Source: Planctomycetia bacterium
GTDB taxonomy: Bacteria > Planctomycetota > Planctomycetia > Pirellulales > UBA1268
Direction of reading: 5' to 3'
Length of the DNA stretch: 34,523 bases
Assembly (NCBI GenBank): GCA_046339335.1
Contig: JBKDUV010000205.1
Coordinates: forward strand, 1 to 34,523
A program made the translations under genes and the position numbers. Numbering within the stretch: the stretch's first letter is position 1; the number at the start of each line of letters is the position of its first letter. Below are positions 18,542-28,946 of the stretch, piece after piece. A model generated the notes under the pieces. It did not search any database. It had not been told where the DNA came from and saw only the letters and a program-made list of their open reading frames with translations.

Positions 18542-19762
18542 CTACGCCTTGCCCCGCGGGCGAACCTTCCCCTGCACGCGAAGCGGGAGGCCGAGGATGC
18601 GCAGGAAGCCCTCCGCATCGGTCTGGTCGTACGACCCGCCCCCTTCCATCGAGGCGATGGCCGCGTCGTAGAGGCTCTGGCCGCTCTCGCGGCTTTTCAC
18701 GAGCACGTTGCCCTTGTAGAGATTGAGTTCGACCGTGCCCGTGACGGGACGCTGGGCCTCGCGGATGAACGCGGAAAGCGCGTCCATTTTCGCGCAGTAC
18801 CAGAAGCCGTAATACACCATTTCGGCAACCTCCGGCGCCAGCCGGTCACGGAGGTGGACGAGGTCGCGGTCGAGCGTCATCTGCTCCACGAGCCTGTGGG
18901 CCTCGTAGAGGAGCGTCATGCCGGGCGCCTCGTAGACGCCGCGGCTCTTCATGCCGACGAGTCGGTTCTCGACGATGTCGGAGCGGCCGACGCCGTTGCG
19001 GCCGCCGATCTCGTTGAGCGTCAGGACGACGTCGTGGGGAGCGAGCGTCTTGCCGTTGACTCGCACCGGCAGGCAGCGGTCGAAATCGATCCGCACCATC
19101 TCAATCGCGTCGTGTGCCTGCTGAGGCGCGACCGTCATCCCGAATTCGACGAGGCCGAAGCCATCGGTGGTCAATTCTTCGAGCGCTCCGGCCTCGTAGC
19201 TGGTGTGCAGGCAATTTTCGTCGGAACTGTAGGGCTTCCCCTTCGATGCCTTGACCGGGATGTTTTTCTCCGCACAGAACTCGATCAGTTCCTTGCGGCC
19301 CGGAAACCGGTCGCGGAACGCGGCGATCCGCCACGGGGCCAGCACGCGGATGCCCGGATCGAGCGCCTCCGCGGCGAGCTGGAACCGGCATTGGTCGTTG
19401 CCCTTGCCGGTGGCGCCGTGGGCGAAGACCGAGCACCCCTCGCGATGGGCGATCTCCACGCACACCTTGCTGATCAGCGGCCGCGCGATCGACGTGCCCA
19501 GCAGGTACGTGCCCTCGTAGCGGGCCTGCCACTGCATGACGGGGAAGGCGAAATCCCGGCACAGCTCCTCGCGGACGTCCACGATCAGCGACTTGACGGC
19601 ACCGCAGCCGCGGGCCTTGGCGAGGATCGCCTCGCGATCCTCGCAGGGCTGCCCGAGATCGACGTACACGGCCACCACCTCGTAGCCCTGCTCGATCAGC
19701 CAGCCGAGGATCACCGACGTGTCCAGCCCGCCCGAATACGCCAGCACGCACCGCTTGCCCAT
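18542..19762 (-). CDS. argG: Argininosuccinate synthase
   Basis: LAYSGGLDTS, YLLGTSIARP, HGATGKGNDQ.RF, ENRLVGMKSRGVYEAPG; AAGGAG RBS before ATG 19762. Confidence 0.97.
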   Translation of the reverse strand: MGKRCVLAYSGGLDTSVILGWLIEQGYEVVAVYVDLGQPCEDREAILAKARGCGAVKSLIVDVREELCRDFAFPVMQWQARYEGTYLLGTSIARPLISKVCVEIAHREGCSVFAHGATGKGNDQCRFQLAAEALDPGIRVLAPWRIAAFRDRFPGRKELIEFCAEKNIPVKASKGKPYSSDENCLHTSYEAGALEELTTDGFGLVEFGMTVAPQQAHDAIEMVRIDFDRCLPVRVNGKTLAPHDVVLTLNEIGGRNGVGRSDIVENRLVGMKSRGVYEAPGMTLLYEAHRLVEQMTLDRDLVHLRDRLAPEVAEMVYYGFWYCAKMDALSAFIREAQRPVTGTVELNLYKGNVLVKSRESGQSLYDAAIASMEGGGSYDQTDAEGFLRILGLPLRVQGKVRPRGKA

Positions 19763-19898
19763 CGTCGCTCCTTGGCTCGAAAGTTCCCGGGGATGTTCCC
19801 TGTGATGTTCGCGAACCGCAGCATTCGGGCCGAACGGCACGGCGGATGCAAGCCGGCCCGAAAAACCCCGGCGGAAACCGACGCCGGCAGCACGACGG

Positions 19899-21398
19899 TC
19901 AGACCTCGTGGACGAGGGCCATGTTGTGCCCGCCGGCGCCGAACCCCGCGCCGGCCACGAGGATGATCCGGTCGCCGCGCCGCAGCCGTCCCTCGCGCAG
20001 ACCCCACGTGCAGACCTGCTCCAGCAGACCGCTGGTGTCGGCACCGGCCGCGACGGCCAGCGGCGTCACGCCCCAATAGAGGGCCATCTGCCGGAGCGTC
20101 TCCGGGCTGTCGCTCAGCCCCACGGTCGGCACCGCACCGCGCCGCTTGGAGCGGGCGATGGCGGCGATGCCCGTCTTGCTCGCCACCACGACCAGCCGGG
20201 CGTCGAGCTGGGCGGCGATCCGCCCGGCACCGTCGACCACGGCCTGGGTGATCGGATGGAGCCCGTCGACGAGCTTCTCGGGCGGCGGGGGAAATTCCGC
20301 CGCCGCGACGGCCGTGCCGCTGCGGTCGCGGCCGAACCGTCCCTCCAGGTACTGCCAGCGGTCGGCGAGGTACTGCCGTTCGGTGGCCTCGGCGATGCGG
20401 CGCATCATCGCCACGACGAGGTGCGGGTGGTCTCCGATCGCCGTCTCGCCCGAGAGCATGCAGGCGTCGGCGCCGTCAAGGATCGCGTTGGCGACGTCGG
20501 TGGCCTCGGCCCGCGTCGGCCGCCGCGCGTGCTGCATGCTGTCGAGCATCTGCGTGGCCACGATCACCGGCGTCTGAAACCGCTGGCAGGTGCGGATGAT
20601 CTGCTTCTGCACCATCGGCACCGTGGCGACGTCGATCTCCACGCCGAGGTCGCCCCGGGCCACCATGACGACGTCGGCAGCCTCGACGATCGCGTCGAGG
20701 TCGTCGATCGCCTCGCGCTTCTCGATCTTGGCGACGACACGGGCCCGCGAGCCACGGGTCCGGAGCAGTTCCTTGAGCAGGTGGACTTCGACCGGCGACC
20801 GGACGAACGACAGGCTGACGAAGTCGGCACCCGCCCCGGCCGCCCATTCGGCATGCAGCCAGTCGTCGGCGCTCATCGCCGCCACGGACAGCTTCACGCC
20901 CGGCAGGTTGACCCCCTGGCGGCTGCGGACCACGCCCCCCTGGATGACGCGGCACCGGGCCCGGTCGGCATGCACCTCCTCGACGACGAGGCTCACGGTG
21001 CCGTCGGCGAGCATCACCGAGTCCCCCACGGCGAGTTCATCGAGCAGCCGGGCATAGGTGACGGTGAACCCGTCCGGTCCTGCCACGGTGCCGCGGACGA
21101 AGGTGAACGCTCCCCCCTCGACGCAGTTCACCTGTCCGCCCGGGATCTCCCCGAGGCGAATCTTCGGACCGGCGAGGTCGACGAGCACGCCGACCGGCCG
21201 TCCCGCGGCGGACGAGACCTGCCGCACCCGGTCGAGCGTCTCCTGGTGCTCGGCCGTCGATCCATGGGCCATGTTGAGGCGAAACACGTCGACGCCGGCG
21301 GCGAGCAGCGAACGGATGGCCTCCGCGGATCTGGTCGCGGGACCGATCGTGGCCACGATCTTCGTGCGCACTACCGGCGCGGGGGCGGGGAACGACAT
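19899..21398 (-). CDS. pyk: Pyruvate kinase
   Basis: RTKIVATIGPA, FRLNMAHG, DLAGPKIR, AKIEK, MVARGDLGVE, ATQMLDSM, RPTRAEATDVANAILDGADACMLSGETA; GAGGAG RBS. Confidence 0.97.
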   Translation of the reverse strand: MSFPAPAPVVRTKIVATIGPATRSAEAIRSLLAAGVDVFRLNMAHGSTAEHQETLDRVRQVSSAAGRPVGVLVDLAGPKIRLGEIPGGQVNCVEGGAFTFVRGTVAGPDGFTVTYARLLDELAVGDSVMLADGTVSLVVEEVHADRARCRVIQGGVVRSRQGVNLPGVKLSVAAMSADDWLHAEWAAGAGADFVSLSFVRSPVEVHLLKELLRTRGSRARVVAKIEKREAIDDLDAIVEAADVVMVARGDLGVEIDVATVPMVQKQIIRTCQRFQTPVIVATQMLDSMQHARRPTRAEATDVANAILDGADACMLSGETAIGDHPHLVVAMMRRIAEATERQYLADRWQYLEGRFGRDRSGTAVAAAEFPPPPEKLVDGLHPITQAVVDGAGRIAAQLDARLVVVASKTGIAAIARSKRRGAVPTVGLSDSPETLRQMALYWGVTPLAVAAGADTSGLLEQVCTWGLREGRLRRGDRIILVAGAGFGAGGHNMALVHEV

Positions 21399-21505
21399 GG
21401 CGGACACTCCTCGGGGGACGTGGTGGGAAGGCCTGATCCGCCTGCGGGCATTGTGACGCCGCCGGCGCAGCGCGTCGATGCCCCCCGGCGTCCTCGCGAC
21501 CGACG

Positions 21506-21511
21506 TATACT
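21506..21511 (+). promoter_or_regulatory. Putative -10 (TATACT) in pyk/SDR divergent region
   Basis: Near-consensus hexamer in a very GC-rich intergenic region, ~65 nt before SDR start; the same hexamer precedes two other genes. Confidence 0.4.
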
Positions 21512-21576
21512 GCCGCCGCCGCGACGGGTCGGGCCCGCGGCCCGCCCGGCGGGGAACACGCCGGCGAGGCCCGAGT

Positions 21577-22407
21577 ATGTGGAAGAAGCGTCGCATCATC
21601 GTCACCGGCGGCACGGCCGGCTTCGGGTTCGTGCTGGCCCGGCACCTCGCCGCGGCCGGGGCCAGGGTGCTCGTCGTGGGCCGGTCGGCGGAAGGCGTGC
21701 GGCTCGCCCTCGCCGCCTGCGATTCCGTCGCCGGCCTCGATCTGCGCGGCCTCGCCGCCGACCTTGGTCGGACGGGTGAGGGAGAACGGGTCGCGGGCGA
21801 GTGCCAGCGGATGCTCGGCGGCATCGACGACCTGTTCTGCTGTGTGGGACGGTCGGGACGGCAGCGGATGCTGGACACGAACGCGGAGGAGCTGCGCGGG
21901 TTCCTCGACGCCAACTTGTTCGCGGCCGCGGAGATCACGCGGGCCGCAGCCGCCGACGTGGCCGCAGCGCGTGGGCACGTCGTCTTCATCGGCAGCCTGG
22001 CCGGCAAGCTCGCCGCCCCGTTCATGGGGCCGTACGGCGTCGCCAAGGCGGCGCTGGCGGCCTACGCGGACGCCGTACGGCTGGAACTCGCCCCACGCGG
22101 GTGCCACGTGCTCCTCGTCTCCACAGGGCCGATCGCCCGGGCCGCCGACGACCCGGCCGCGGACCGGGAAACGGACCGATATGCGGCCGACGTCGCCCGC
22201 GCGAACCTGCCGGCGGCAGCCAGCGCGCCGGGTGGCACCGCGCGGCGTCGCCGCCTCGACCCCGACCAGCTTGCACGCGCCGTCCTCACGGCCTGCCGGC
22301 GGCGCCGCTGCGAACTCGTCGTACCCCGGTCCGCGGGGCTGCTGGCGGGATTCATCGAGTGGTTTCCCGATCTCGGCCGCCGCATCCTCGCCCGGTTCAC
22401 CGGCTGA
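21577..22407 (+). CDS. Short-chain dehydrogenase/reductase
   Basis: VTGGTAGFG, ADL, IGSLAG, catalytic YGVAK; start ATG 21577. Confidence 0.9.
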   Translation: MWKKRRIIVTGGTAGFGFVLARHLAAAGARVLVVGRSAEGVRLALAACDSVAGLDLRGLAADLGRTGEGERVAGECQRMLGGIDDLFCCVGRSGRQRMLDTNAEELRGFLDANLFAAAEITRAAAADVAAARGHVVFIGSLAGKLAAPFMGPYGVAKAALAAYADAVRLELAPRGCHVLLVSTGPIARAADDPAADRETDRYAADVARANLPAAASAPGGTARRRRLDPDQLARAVLTACRRRRCELVVPRSAGLLAGFIEWFPDLGRRILARFTG

Positions 22408-22494
22408 ATGCGGCCATTTCGTTCAGCCGGCGGTGTCCACCACCGATGGACAGCCTATGGTTTCGCCGGGAACGTTCCATCGACGGTCGTCCGC

Positions 22495-22935
22495 ATGAAG
22501 CACTCAGCCTCTCCCCCGCGACGATCCGCGGCACCGTGGATGCGGCACGCGCTCATCGCCGCGGGCATCTACAACCTGGCTTGGGGCTCCCTCACCGTGG
22601 CTGTCCCGGACTGGCTCTTCGATCTCACGGGCATGGACCACCCGAACTATCCGTTCATTTGGCAGTGCGTCGGGATGATCGTCGGAGTCTACGGCATCGG
22701 CTACCTGGCCGCGGCCCGCGATCCGCTGCGGCACTGGCCGATCGTCCTCGTCGGCTTGTTGGGCAAGGTCTTCGGCCCGGTGGGATACGCTCTCGGTGTC
22801 GCCCGGGGGGACGTGCCGCCGGCTTTTGGCTGGACGCTGCCGACCAACGACCTGATCTGGTGGATCCCCTTCGGACTGATCCTGGTCCGCGCCTGGCAGG
22901 AGCGGCCCGACGCGACGGGAACGGCGAAGCCGTGA
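22495..22935 (+). CDS. Conserved 4-TM membrane protein
   Basis: AAGIYNLAWG, PNYPFIWQCVGMIVGVYGIGY, RHWPIVLVGLLGK, NDLIWWIPF; recalled as the membrane module often fused to AhpC/TSA-like domains (unverified). Confidence 0.75.
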   Translation: MKHSASPPRRSAAPWMRHALIAAGIYNLAWGSLTVAVPDWLFDLTGMDHPNYPFIWQCVGMIVGVYGIGYLAAARDPLRHWPIVLVGLLGKVFGPVGYALGVARGDVPPAFGWTLPTNDLIWWIPFGLILVRAWQERPDATGTAKP

Positions 22936-22937
22936 CG

Positions 22938-23369
22938 ATGGAAACCGTTCTCTACGCCCAGGCCGCCGCCTCGGGCACGATGTGCGGGCTGATCTGGTTC
23001 GTGCAGCTCGTCCATTATCCCCTGTTCGGTCGCCTGCCGGCCGACATCGCGCCGTCCTACTGCCTGGAAAACCGGCGCGTCACGCCGCGGTGCGTCCTGC
23101 CGCCGATGCTGGTCGAGGGGTGTGCCGCGATCCTGCTCGCGATCGCTCCACCGCCGACCATCGGCCGAGGCCCCGCGGTATTCGGCCTGCTGCTCGTCGC
23201 GGTGGCCTGGTGGTCGACCGCCGCGGTGCAGATGCCGCTGCATGCCGGGCTCGGCCGGGCAGTTCCCGATCCCGCCCTCGTGCCCCGCCTCGTCCGCACG
23301 AACTGGCTGCGGACGGCCGTCTGGACGGCCCGGGCAGCGGTCGCGCTCTGGATGCTGCGGATCGGCTGA
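22938..23369 (+). CDS. Conserved membrane protein (GLIWFVQ.VHYP family)
   Basis: MCGLIWFVQLVHYPLF, PPMLVE, STAAVQMPLH, LVRTNWLRTAVW; 3' part of ORF 21801..23369; alternative GTG 22932 overlaps the upstream stop. Confidence 0.8.
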   Translation: METVLYAQAAASGTMCGLIWFVQLVHYPLFGRLPADIAPSYCLENRRVTPRCVLPPMLVEGCAAILLAIAPPPTIGRGPAVFGLLLVAVAWWSTAAVQMPLHAGLGRAVPDPALVPRLVRTNWLRTAVWTARAAVALWMLRIG

Positions 23370-23490
23370 CCGGCGGGCGGCTGCCCGCGGCCCGGCCCCC
23401 GACCGCGACACCCCCGCGACAAACGGCGGGCGTGCCGGTATATCTTGAAGCCTCAAGGATTCGTCTTTCAATTCAGCAGGAGCACTCTCG

Positions 23491-24816
23491 ATGGCAGCGG
23501 CACTGGGCGAGGCATTCGCGGGGATCGGCAGGATCAGGTTCGAGGGTCCGGCGACGAAGAACATGCTCGCCTTCCGCCACTACGACGCCGACGCGGTCGT
23601 GGAGGGGAAGCCAATGCGGGAGCACCTGCGGTTCGCCGTCTCCTACTGGCACGCCTTCCGCGGCACCGGCGGCGACCCGTTCGGGCCCGGCACCATGCTC
23701 CGTCCCTGGGAGAACGAGAGCGACCCGCTGAAGATGGCGGTCAAGCGGGTGGACGTGGCATTCGAATTCCTGGAAAAGCTCGGCTGCGGCTTCTACTGCT
23801 TTCATGACCGTGACGTGGCGCCGGAGGGGGCGACGCTCGCCGAGAGCAACAAGAACCTCGACGTCGTCGTGGACGCCCTGGAAAAACACCAGCACCGGAC
23901 GGGCATCAAACTGCTGTGGGGAACGGCGAATCTGTTCAGCAATCCGCGGTACGTCCACGGCGCGGCGACGAGCCCGAACGTCGAGTCGTTCGCCTACGCG
24001 GCCGCCCAGGTGAAGAAGGCGATCGAAGTCACGCACCGCCTCGGGGGCGCGGGCTACACCTTTTGGGGCGGACGCGAGGGCTACCAGTGCCTGTGGAACA
24101 CCGACATGAAACGCGAGATCGACCACCTCGCTGCGTTCATGCACATGGCGGTCGACTACGCGAAGCAGATCGGTTTCAGCGGGCAGTTCTACTTCGAGCC
24201 CAAGCCGCGCGAGCCGATGAAGCACCAGTACGACTTCGACGCGGCCACCTGCATCAACTTTCTCCGTGCCTATGGCCTGGAGAAACACGTGAAGATGAAC
24301 CTGGAGACCAACCATGCCACGCTCGCCGGCCATGAGATCCAGCACGAACTGGAGTATGCCGGCATGCAGGGCTTCCTCGGCTCGGTCGACGCCAACACCG
24401 GTGACACGCTCGTCGGCTGGGACACCGACCAGTTCCCGACCAACATCTACATGACGACGCAGATGATGTACTCGATCCTCAAGTACGGCGGCCTCGCCCC
24501 GGGGGGCATCAACTTTGACGCCAAGGTGCGCCGCGAGAGCTTCGAACCGGTCGACCTGTTCCATGCCCACATCGGCGGCATGGACGCCTTCGCGCGGGGC
24601 CTGAAAATCGCGGCCGCGATGCGGGCCGACGGCGCGATCCGGAAACTGGTCGAGGAACGATACGCCTCCTGGTCGGGACCGCTCGGCAAGCGGATCGAAG
24701 CCGGCGGCGAGTCGTTCATGTCACTGGAGAAGGAGATGCTCGCCAAGGGCGAGGCCGCGGCCTGTACCAGCGGCCGGCAGGAACTCTTCGAGAACGTCAT
24801 CAACACGTATCTCTGA
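23491..24816 (+). CDS. xylA: Xylose isomerase (class II)
   Basis: [64 protein letters not shown]; AGGAG RBS. Confidence 0.98.
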   Translation: MAAALGEAFAGIGRIRFEGPATKNMLAFRHYDADAVVEGKPMREHLRFAVSYWHAFRGTGGDPFGPGTMLRPWENESDPLKMAVKRVDVAFEFLEKLGCGFYCFHDRDVAPEGATLAESNKNLDVVVDALEKHQHRTGIKLLWGTANLFSNPRYVHGAATSPNVESFAYAAAQVKKAIEVTHRLGGAGYTFWGGREGYQCLWNTDMKREIDHLAAFMHMAVDYAKQIGFSGQFYFEPKPREPMKHQYDFDAATCINFLRAYGLEKHVKMNLETNHATLAGHEIQHELEYAGMQGFLGSVDANTGDTLVGWDTDQFPTNIYMTTQMMYSILKYGGLAPGGINFDAKVRRESFEPVDLFHAHIGGMDAFARGLKIAAAMRADGAIRKLVEERYASWSGPLGKRIEAGGESFMSLEKEMLAKGEAAACTSGRQELFENVINTYL

Positions 24817-24841
24817 ACCGTACCGGGAAAGGAATGCAGCG

Positions 24842-26287
24842 ATGCGTCGGGGCGTCGGCGGAGTGGCCGCGGCGATCCTCGCCGTGGCGTCGTGCCACTG
24901 CGACCCGGCGCTGGCGCAGGGCGGACTGGGCATGGAGCCGTGGCGGCTCGAAGCGGTGGAATTGAGCGATGGCGTCCGGCTCGAGGGGCTGATCGACGAA
25001 GTCGGCCAAAACGTCATTTTCGTCGACGTGGTGAAGCGGCCGCCGGGCCGGCCGATGTACATCGTCTCCTGGGGACCGATCAGCCGGGAGCGGATCCGGA
25101 AACTGGAGACGCTCCCGGCCGCCGATCACGAGCGGCTCGCCGCCCGGGTCGAGGACTTTCTCGCCGGCCGGGAAGCCGCCGCCGCGGGGGCGAAACCGGC
25201 CGGCCTGCGCCGCGACGGGGAATCCGGCCCGTGGCGGTACGAAGCGGCGGCATTCACGTTCGAAAGCACGGCCGATGCGGCCTCCAGCCGCGATGCAATC
25301 GTGCGGCTGGAGGAGGTGTTCGGGGCGTTCGAAGTGCTCGTCCCGCCGACGGTCCGCGCCGCGGACGCCGCCCGGCCGCACGTGCGCATCTGCGGCACGG
25401 CGGCCGAATACCGGGAACTGCAGCGGCTCCTCGGCGTGCAGTTGGAAAACCCGGCCCTGTACGCCGCTGGCCGGCGACTGCTGGCTTCGTCGAGCGACCT
25501 GCCGGGGGTGGCCGCCAGGCAGGGTGCAGCGGCCGAAGCGAACGCCGCAGCAATGCGCCGGCTCAAGGAACTCGACCGCGAACTTGCCGACCGGCTCAAG
25601 GCCCTGATCGCCGACCTGGAGCGTGAGCGGGTGCTCCCCGCCGCCCGAGAACAGCTCGTCCAGCAGGTCCGCGCCCGATGGAAGAAGGAACGTGAGGCGG
25701 AGTCGCTGCGGATAGAAGCGGCCAACCGTGTCAACGTGGGGCGGCTGACCGCCGTGCGACGCGAGTTCTACGGCCGGCTCGCCCACGAGGCCTGGCATGC
25801 CTACGCCGACACGCGGCTCCGCGCCGGCGGGGAGGGTCGCCTGCCAAGCTGGCTCGACGAGGGTCTGGCTCAAGTCCTCGAGGGAGCGCCGATCGATGCC
25901 GGCGAGATCCGGCTCGGCGATCCCGACCCGCGCCGGCTGGCCGCGGTCCAGCACGGCCTGCGCGACGGGAGCCTGCCGGCCGTGTCCGACGTGATCCGCG
26001 CCGGACCGGAGCAGTTCCTGGCCGGGCACGCCCAGGCCGCCGCCCGCTCGGAACGAATGTATCTGGTCAGTTGGGCATTGGCCCTCGATCTGGCGATCGT
26101 CGCGCCGGTCCTGTCCCCGACTGCCGTCACCGCACTTTGTGCCGAGCCCCCCGGCGGCGATCCGGTGCGACAGTTCGAGACGCTCGTGGGCATGCCCGTC
26201 GCCGCTTTCGAGCCCGCCTGGCGGCGCAGGATCCTCGACCTCCGGCCCCGGACTCCGCCCCTGCGGCAGGTCATCCCGGCGCCGTGA
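24842..26287 (+). CDS. Exported DUF1570-like gluzincin metallopeptidase with coiled-coil insert
   Basis: Signal peptide; HEAWH (25784-25798) followed by LPSWLDEGLA; MYLVSWAL; AAGGA RBS. Confidence 0.75.
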   Translation: MRRGVGGVAAAILAVASCHCDPALAQGGLGMEPWRLEAVELSDGVRLEGLIDEVGQNVIFVDVVKRPPGRPMYIVSWGPISRERIRKLETLPAADHERLAARVEDFLAGREAAAAGAKPAGLRRDGESGPWRYEAAAFTFESTADAASSRDAIVRLEEVFGAFEVLVPPTVRAADAARPHVRICGTAAEYRELQRLLGVQLENPALYAAGRRLLASSSDLPGVAARQGAAAEANAAAMRRLKELDRELADRLKALIADLERERVLPAAREQLVQQVRARWKKEREAESLRIEAANRVNVGRLTAVRREFYGRLAHEAWHAYADTRLRAGGEGRLPSWLDEGLAQVLEGAPIDAGEIRLGDPDPRRLAAVQHGLRDGSLPAVSDVIRAGPEQFLAGHAQAAARSERMYLVSWALALDLAIVAPVLSPTAVTALCAEPPGGDPVRQFETLVGMPVAAFEPAWRRRILDLRPRTPPLRQVIPAP

Positions 26288-28946
26288 GCGGCGCGGCTGC
26301 CCGCTCGATCGCCCCGCGAACCTGTGCCAGCACCGCGGGATCGCCGACCTTTCGCCCCTGTCGGTCGGTGACGTGAAAGGCGTCGACGACCTGATCGAGG
26401 TAGGTGCCGATCCGGGCGGAGCGGACCGAGAGTCCGGCATCGAAGACCGCCTTGGCGATGCCGTAGAGCAGCCCCGGTGCATCGTGGGCGAAGACCTCGA
26501 TGATCGTGCTCGCGGAGGAACTCTCGGTGTCGAACGTGACCCGCACCGGCACCACGCCGGCGGGGCTCGGCAGTGGTGCGAATGGATTCCAGACCCGGCT
26601 GAAGACGGGCGGCTGGTCGGCCTTGACGGCCACCCGCAGCGCGGCGGCGATCTCCGCGAGCCTGTCGGCCGGCGGCTCCCCGGCGAAGTCGGGATCGAGG
26701 GCGGTGAAGTGGTCGAGCACCAGGCCCCCGTCGAGGGTGTGGATGTCGGCGGCCAGGATCTCCAGCCGCAGGGCGGCAAGCGCGCCGGTCACGCGGTGAA
26801 AGATGCCGGGAGCCACCTCCTCGCGGGTGCCCACGCTCACCGCCACCGTCCCGGTTTCCGGCTGCCACCGGGCCGCGGCGAAGACGCCGTCCGCGGGAAG
26901 CCGGGCGAGGCGGCCGATCTCCTCGATGAGCCGCGGCAGGGGCGTGTCGCGGAGCACCGCCGGCGGCAGGCGGCGGGCGATCCGCACCACGGGGTCGTCG
27001 GGATCACGTCCCTCGAGCAACGGTGCCAGCGCCCGGCGGCCGCGGTCGCCTGCCACCGACGGCGCCTCGCCGTCGAGGTGGCCGAGAGCGCGATAATGGA
27101 GGTCGCCGAGCAGGTCGGCCTTCCATTTCGTCCATGTCCCCGGTCCGACGGCGGAGACGTCGGCCGCGGTGAGCAGCGCGAGCATCCGCAGCACCTCGGG
27201 CGACCCGACGTCGCAGGCGAACCGCACGACGAGCCCGGCGTCGCCGACGTCGCGGCGAAAGGCGAGATGGGCCATGGCCAGATGGCGGAGCACGAGGTAC
27301 TCGACGATCTCGGCCTCGTCTTTCGGCAGGTCGAGCCGCGCCGCGACGTCCCGCGCGATCTGAGCTCCGACCAGGGAGTGATCCTCCTCGAAGCCTTTGC
27401 CGAGATCGTGGATCAGAAGTGCGAGGAGGAGCGGCCGCTTGCGGTTGAGCTCGCGCCACGTCGCGCCGAGCCAGCCCGGGTCGGAGGCGAAGGCCACGGC
27501 CCGTTCGACCGCGACGATGCAGTGCTCGTCGACGGTGAACTTGTGATAGTTGTTGAACTGCAGCAGGTCGCGGGCGTGGCTGAATCCCGGGATCAGCATC
27601 TCCAGCACGCCCACCTCGTGGAGCCGGCGGAGGGCCTGGCCCAGCCCCTCCGGCCGGGAGAACAGGGCGAGGAAGGCGTCGCGGTCGGCCCGTTCGCACT
27701 TCGGCACGAGCGCAGGTGCCGCGGCCCGCACCTTCTCCCAGGTCGTCTGATCGATCGGCAGGTCGTAGAGCGTGGCCAGTTCGACGAGCCGGATGACGCC
27801 ACGGATGCTTCCGACGGCGCGGTCGGTCCGGCCGGGCAGGGCGGCGACGCCGCCGGGGCCGACGCGATAGAGCCCGTCCACCTCGTGGCCGAAGAGGCCG
27901 CTGGTCAGCGCCCGCAGCCGCGCCGGCCGACGCACGCCCGCTTCGAGCGCCTCGACCACCCGGGCCACGCGCCGGGCATGGCCGAAGTAGTCGCGCATGA
28001 ACCGCTCGACGCCGAGCAGTCCGGGGGTGGACTCGATGCCCCGGGCCTGCGCGATCCGCAGCTGCTGGTCGCGTGTCAGGTCGTCGGCCGGCTTGCCCGC
28101 GGCGATGTGCAGGTCGTTGCGCACCCGCACCAGAAACTCCTCCGCCTCGCGGACGGCGGCCGCATCGGCCCGGGAGATCACCCCCGCCAGCGCCAGCTCC
28201 TCGGGCGTTCCGACATCATGGAGCACCATGCCCAGCCAGCGAACGAGCTGGACGTCGCGCAGGCCGCCACGGGACCGCTTCACGTTCGGCTAGAGGAGGG
28301 CGACGCTGCGGCCGAAGCGTTCAGCCTCCTCCCCACGGGCTGCCAGCAGCCGCTCGGCAGCCCGACGCCGCCCGCGGGCGATTCCCCTGCGCACCCGCAG
28401 GGCGAGCGCATCGACGAGGCCCGCCGGACCGGCCAGCGGGCGGCTGTCGAGCAGTGAACTGAGGACCGTCGCGTCGGCGCGGGCCAGCTGAACGGCCTCG
28501 GCGAGCGATCGCACGCTCTGGCCGACGGTGAAGCCAGCGTCACACAGGTCCTGAAGCAGCCGCTTCGCCGCTGCCGCGACCGCCCGCGTGGCGACCGCAC
28601 TGCCGTCGTGGAGCAGCATCAGGTCGACGTCGGAGCCGGGGGCCATCTGCCGGCGACCGTAGCCACCATGCGCGACGATGGCCACGCGGTCGGCGACGGC
28701 GGCCCGGTCGGCGGCGGTGAGGTCGGCGACGACCGCCTCCCACAGCTCGACGATCGCCGCGTCGAACATGTCCGCGGCGAGCCCGCAGGCCTGGATGCCG
28801 GGACTTCCGGCCGCGTGCTGGGCGGCGATGCGGTTGCGGATCTCGGCCAGCGCCGCCGCGGCCCGGGCCACGGAGGGGCGAAACACGGGCGCGGCGATGG
28901 CGGCCGGGCCGCCGTCTGTGGCCGGTCGGGTCAGGGATGAATCCAC
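26271..28946 (-). pseudogene. glnD: Bifunctional uridylyltransferase/uridylyl-removing enzyme GlnD with a single in-frame TAG (28290-28292); pseudogene or sequence error
   Basis: NT motif AHGGYGRRQMAPGSDVDL; LL*PNVKRSRGGLRD; YHKFTVDEH; HD motif LIHDLGKG; two ACT domains. Both halves are in one frame, 891 codons from GTG 28946. Confidence 0.9.

Noticed and set aside
11799-18544. Genome-wide stop-codon reassignment (TAG stops of argG and the 11802 gene are in frame with the next ORF; internal TAG in glnD and TGA at 15184)
   Set aside because: TGA ends most conserved genes at their expected ends, TAG ends argG at normal length, RF1 has intact PxT and GGQ motifs, and in-frame neighbours also follow TGA (rpmE-prfA), so chance suffices.
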